NCBI RefSeq assembly: GCF_009914755.1
Contig: NC_060947.1
Strand: one strand, 5' to 3'
Source: the human T2T-CHM13v2.0 reference genome, Homo sapiens
DNA length: 64,000 nucleotides
Shown: positions 48,662-64,000 of the stretch, one piece after another
Position numbering within the stretch: position 1 is the stretch's first letter
Layout: each line of letters starts with the position of its first letter
Made by a program: the position numbers and the translations under genes
Notes under the pieces: generated by a model
The model's database searches: none
Told to the model about the DNA's origin: nothing
Seen by the model: only the letters and a program-made list of their open reading frames with translations

Positions 48662-49718
48662 CTAAAGTGGGGGTGGGTGGGAAGAGAGCTAAAGTGAACA
48701 GAGATGGACTGCCTTACTAGGATATGGAGACAATTGTGCCAAGCGTTTTGGGAGGACAAGGATGACAGGGGTTGCAGGATGGGAGCATCTTCAACCACAG
48801 AACATGTGTGACAATTTGGAGCCCAAAGGAATGATGGAATGAGTGTGTGAGTGAGTGAATGAATGCAAGTCTTGCCCTGGGGCCCCAGCACACATAAATC
48901 ATCCTTTCTTGGAAGCTCTTGAGGCTGGTGGGGGGACAGGGGAGGTAGGGAGATGCCCTGGTATTTAACCATTTATGGGCTGGATCTCCAGACTCAGAAA
49001 CTGTGGCTTCATTGCTACATCTGTCCATACATGTCTCTGTGGGTCCCTCCCACGCAGTGTGGAAACTGTCGCTCCCCTACTGGGCAGCCAAGAGCATTGC
49101 CAGCTTAGGGGAATCAGCATCCTACCAAAGAGAAGTGCAGCTTCCTGACTGTCGGATTTTCTGCATACTGTATTCGTTCATCCAACAAATATTTATTGAG
49201 CACATATTATGTATTAACATTGTGCTAGGTATGGCTAGATATGGGGACAGAGCAGTGACAAAGGAGCACCTCGAATGTCTTGAGGGGCCACAATAGGTTA
49301 TATCCTATCTCATCTTTAGAGGATCTGAGAGGTGGGTTTGCTCTCATTTTCCCAACTGGACCAGGACAGAGATGGGAAGTAGGAGCACAAGGCAGGAGTG
49401 TGAGTAGAGGATGGGAGGCAGATTCGAGGTAGATTTACTGATAGATTTGAATATTTAATTAAAAGTCAGTGAATGAGAATGAGTAACTGAAATTAGAAAT
49501 GAATTAAAAGTAAATTAAAATTAATCACTAAATTAAGCAGGATTAGGTAAAATTAGCAACTAAAGAGAATTCCATTGAGAATCCTTTAAATGACTACGTG
49601 AAAACAGCATGCAACATTAGGTCTGGTTCACTGTAGGTGCTCACTGGAGGGATGAATGAGTCAGATAGGTAGAAGCAAGGGTGGATGGGTAGGTGGATGG
49701 GTGGGTGGAGGGAGGTAC

Positions 49719-49780
49719 CTTCTGAGCTTTGCTGAACTCCTTATCCAAGTAGGCGACCTTCTGTCGAAGACTGGTGAGTT
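49719..49780 (-). CDS. GRIPAP1: GRIPAP1 exon 3
   Basis: ELTSLRQKVAYLDKEFSKAQK; GT-AG. Confidence 0.92.
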
Positions 49781-49918
49781 CTGGTGTCGGGAAAGCAGGG
49801 AAACTCAGCCTCAGCCAGTGGCAAGAAACTGAAAGGCCTTCCTGCCAGGCCTCTGAGGGAAAACCTCGGACACCATTCCCCAAAGCCACCCCCATCTAAT
49901 AAGGCCCTCCTGGCTCAC

Positions 49919-49985
49919 CAACACCATTCTTGCGTAGTTCATCTGAAAGCTGGTAGTTGTTTGTCCGGAGTTCCAGGAGCTGAGC
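49919..49985 (-). CDS. GRIPAP1: GRIPAP1 exon 2
   Basis: [22 protein letters not shown]; donor TTG|GTGAGC. Confidence 0.92.
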
Positions 49986-50564
49986 CTTTGGGGGAGGCAG
50001 GAAGGGAAAAGACTTGGTCAGGAAAGCGCCCCTACCCCTACCATGAGGGAACCAAGCCCCTAAGCTCCACAGACCTTACGCCCTCCATGTGCCTCTGTAG
50101 CTACTCCTTAAGACCTGTATGTGCTACACCCAAAGTGACCTTCCAGGCCCTCAGACCCTGGCTCACCTTTTCCAGCTCCACTTATAACCCCAGCCAGCCT
50201 CACCCCTCCATCTCACACTACAATCCACGCTGCACTCAGGCCATCCCAGAGCACTGCCCCCAGTCAGGGTCTTGCTTGTGTGAGTTCCCTGGCTCTCCAT
50301 GCCCACAGGATAAAGTTCCTCCTCCTCATCCTGGCTGACCTCTCCACACACTGAACACACACTGTCAGGGGTGTTGTCCATATTTCTGACCAGACCTGGG
50401 GGCCTCTGATGGCAGGGGGTTAAGGGCCTGTCTTCCTCCCTCTTTCCTAAGGGAAAAGGGTCAAGTATTCTGCCCAACTTTCATTGAGTCAGGGGGCTTT
50501 CCAGGGTCCCCCCACCTCCAAGGCTCTCAAAATACATCCAGGCCCCCTTCAATAATTAAGGGAG

Positions 50565-51196
<632 letters not shown>

Positions 51197-52359
51197 TTAA
51201 GCATCCTCCTCCCTACCAGCCCTATAGGACCCTGAGGCTGGTTCTACCCAGCAAGGCCGGTTCCTTCCCATTAAGGAACTTACTGTTCCTTCCCCTACCA
51301 GGACTTTTCCCTCCCTCCCACGCCACCAGCCTCCACTCACTGTTCTCTGGTAGTCTGCTCAAGGTCAGAGGGCTTGGCCTTCACAGAATCTTTCCTACTC
51401 CTGTCCTCTCCAGGACCCAGTGATCTGTCTCTCCAAGTACTGGTCCAAGTGGAATATCCTTTGTACCCCCCGAGACTTGCCCCCCAACAAAGCCCAGTAG
51501 TTCTCCCTCATTCATGGCCCAGTGGGATCAATGTTCCTCATTCAAGGGTATTCCCACTCCCCTCAAGATCTCCCCAGTCATGATCCATTGGGAATGGCCC
51601 TACACCCTTCAGGGTAGGCCTCTACAAGGCCTTGGGTAGGCCAGTTGGATGACTCTTACTCACTTAGAATCCCTTTCAGATGACAGTGGTCTTCCCCATT
51701 CATGGGTTAATCAACTCGCCCTTCCATTCTCAGTGTCCCTCACACAGGGACAGCTGGTTTCCCTCATTCAAGGACCAATTGGATTACCTGTCCTCCCTCA
51801 GAGTTCCTCCCCTCCCCATGCAGGACCCTGTTCAGACCCCCCCCCCAGTGAGGAACCCTCTCAACAAGGGCCCATTCATAGTGCAATGCTATGGCCTTTC
51901 ATTGCATCTCAGAGTCCCCCCAAAAGAATCAAGTGGGGGTACCTCCCCAAAGCCCAGTGATCTTCCCTCCTTGTAGTCCAAGGTATCAATCTTTTACCCC
52001 TCTGGTCCTCCCCCCAGTTAATGGGATTAATGGTATTACCCATTCATGGCCTTCTTCACCCCAGGCCTAATGGGATCACCCTTAATCATCCAATGGTGCC
52101 GCCCCCTCTTAGGATGCACTACCAACCACCAATGGCACAGGATCTCCACCTCCCAGGAACAATGACAACATCTGGGGTCTTTCCCCAATCCCCGGGCACA
52201 GTGGTATCTCCCCCAAAACTTACCACCTCCCACCCGCTAATGGTTCTGCCCTCTCAAGGGCTCCCACCACCATGACGCAAACGACCCAACACCCGCTTCC
52301 TTCCTCTCCAGACAAAATGGTTTCGCCTTCTCAGGATCTCCTTCCCTCAAAGCCCATTA

Positions 52360-53130
52360 TCATCACCCGCCGACGGTGTCCCCTGCACGGGCCCAAAAGT
52401 CTCGTCCCCTCCAGGTCTGAGTAAGGTACCGCCTACTTAATGGCGCTCTCCCAGCCCACAATGCTAACAGAGTCCAACCTTCAAAGCCGCAGAGTATCTC
52501 GGAATCCAATAGTCTCACCACTCCGAGCCTCAGTTTCCCTTCTCCAGACCCACCCCATAAACTCAGGGTCCATCCCAACCAACCCCTTCTCAGAGCTGAT
52601 AGCACGACCTCTCGCTACCCCGCCCCCGGTCGCCTAGCCGGGTGGTCTTTCCCACCGCGAGCGGCACCTGCATCCGCTGAAACTCCTCCTCAGACAGAGC
52701 TTGCGCCATGTTCCTCCCCCCACCCCCCCGCCAGCTTTCTGCGCAGACGCAGCTCGCGCCTCCTGGCAGTATTAAGGTCGGACCAAACCACTGGCCAGGA
52801 ATGGAGGGGGTAGAACCTAATTCCGAAGGGCAGCATTTTGGAGACGCAGAGAAGAGAACGAAACCGACGAGTCAGGTGAACTGTAATACAACGTTCTACC
52901 CGAATGTAAGTCATCTGATTGGCTTTTGGACTCTTCTAGGCCACCCATTGTGATACGACATTATTACATCCCCGTTTCATGGGTGGACTCGTCGCTAGGG
53001 AAGTCTTTGCCGACAGAAAATCACCCTTCCGCGGTATTCCTTTAATGAGAATGGGTAACTTAATAACCATAGAAATGAAAGCGGAAGCTTCTCTCTGGTC
53101 TTGTTCCCGCCCCTCCTCCGGGAGACCCCA
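52360..53130. promoter_or_regulatory. GRIPAP1: CpG-rich GRIPAP1 promoter region
   Basis: Raised CpG around exon 1; reverse CCAAT (ATTGG about 52918), ETS GCGGAAG about 53081, GC box about 53106. Confidence 0.75.
52668..52709 (-). CDS. GRIPAP1: GRIPAP1 coding exon 1
   Basis: MAQALSEEEFQRMQ; Kozak AACATGG; donor CAG|GTGCCG. Confidence 0.93.
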
Positions 53131-53421
53131 AAGGGGAATCCCACCTCTTGTAAAGCCTTTGGCCTTTTTTTTTTTTTTTTTTTTTAAGGTTTGACACTTA
53201 TTTTGTTATCATGATACTGCATGTCACGTTAGGTAAAGGACTTAGCCACCAATAAAAATAGCAGAGTGGAAAGAGTGACAGTGAATCAAACGAAAAAGCT
53301 ACATTAAAACAAAACAAAAACAAAAAACAAACCAGGGTGGTGAAACACCAGGCTCATTCAAGTATTAGAATTCACTATAACCCTCACCGATCTGAGAGTA
53401 AGAAATGGTATCTCAGTGTAG

Positions 53422-64000
<10,579 letters not shown>

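Noticed and set aside
48635-48690. SRRM4-type neural regulation of the 27-nt GRIPAP1 exon 4
   Set aside because: No UGC motif just upstream of the acceptor, and both splice sites are strong

Overview
Primate (human-like) genomic DNA. From the encoded proteins and gene order I recognise the Xp11.23 OTUD5-KCND1-GRIPAP1 locus, with all three genes on the minus strand. The window holds OTUD5 coding exon 1 and its CpG-island promoter (about 7.4-9.1 kb), the complete KCND1/Kv4.1 gene (6 coding exons, 1944 nt, 647 aa) and the complete GRIPAP1/GRASP-1 gene (26 coding exons, 2526 nt, 841 aa). I rebuilt both complete genes by hand from splice sites, and the frames close exactly. The rest is dense in Alu, MIR, L2, old L1 and LTR fragments, with a U6 retropseudogene and a 5'-truncated L1PA3-like insertion. 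There is no prokaryotic-type system (no CRISPR, no operon). The signals most worth following up are splicing-related and lie in GRIPAP1: (1) a candidate stop-codon 'poison' exon behind a CA repeat; (2) a stop-free in-frame intron carrying (UG)34 in front of a weak acceptor; (3) a 29-bp templated inverted insertion in an Alu that brackets exon 5; (4) an intron filled by a degenerate tandem array that contains 5' splice-site mimics; (5) a GC-AG last intron followed by YCAY clusters; (6) a near-perfect REST/RE1 site. Repeat subfamily names come from remembered consensus sequences, not from a database search, and repeat boundaries are approximate.
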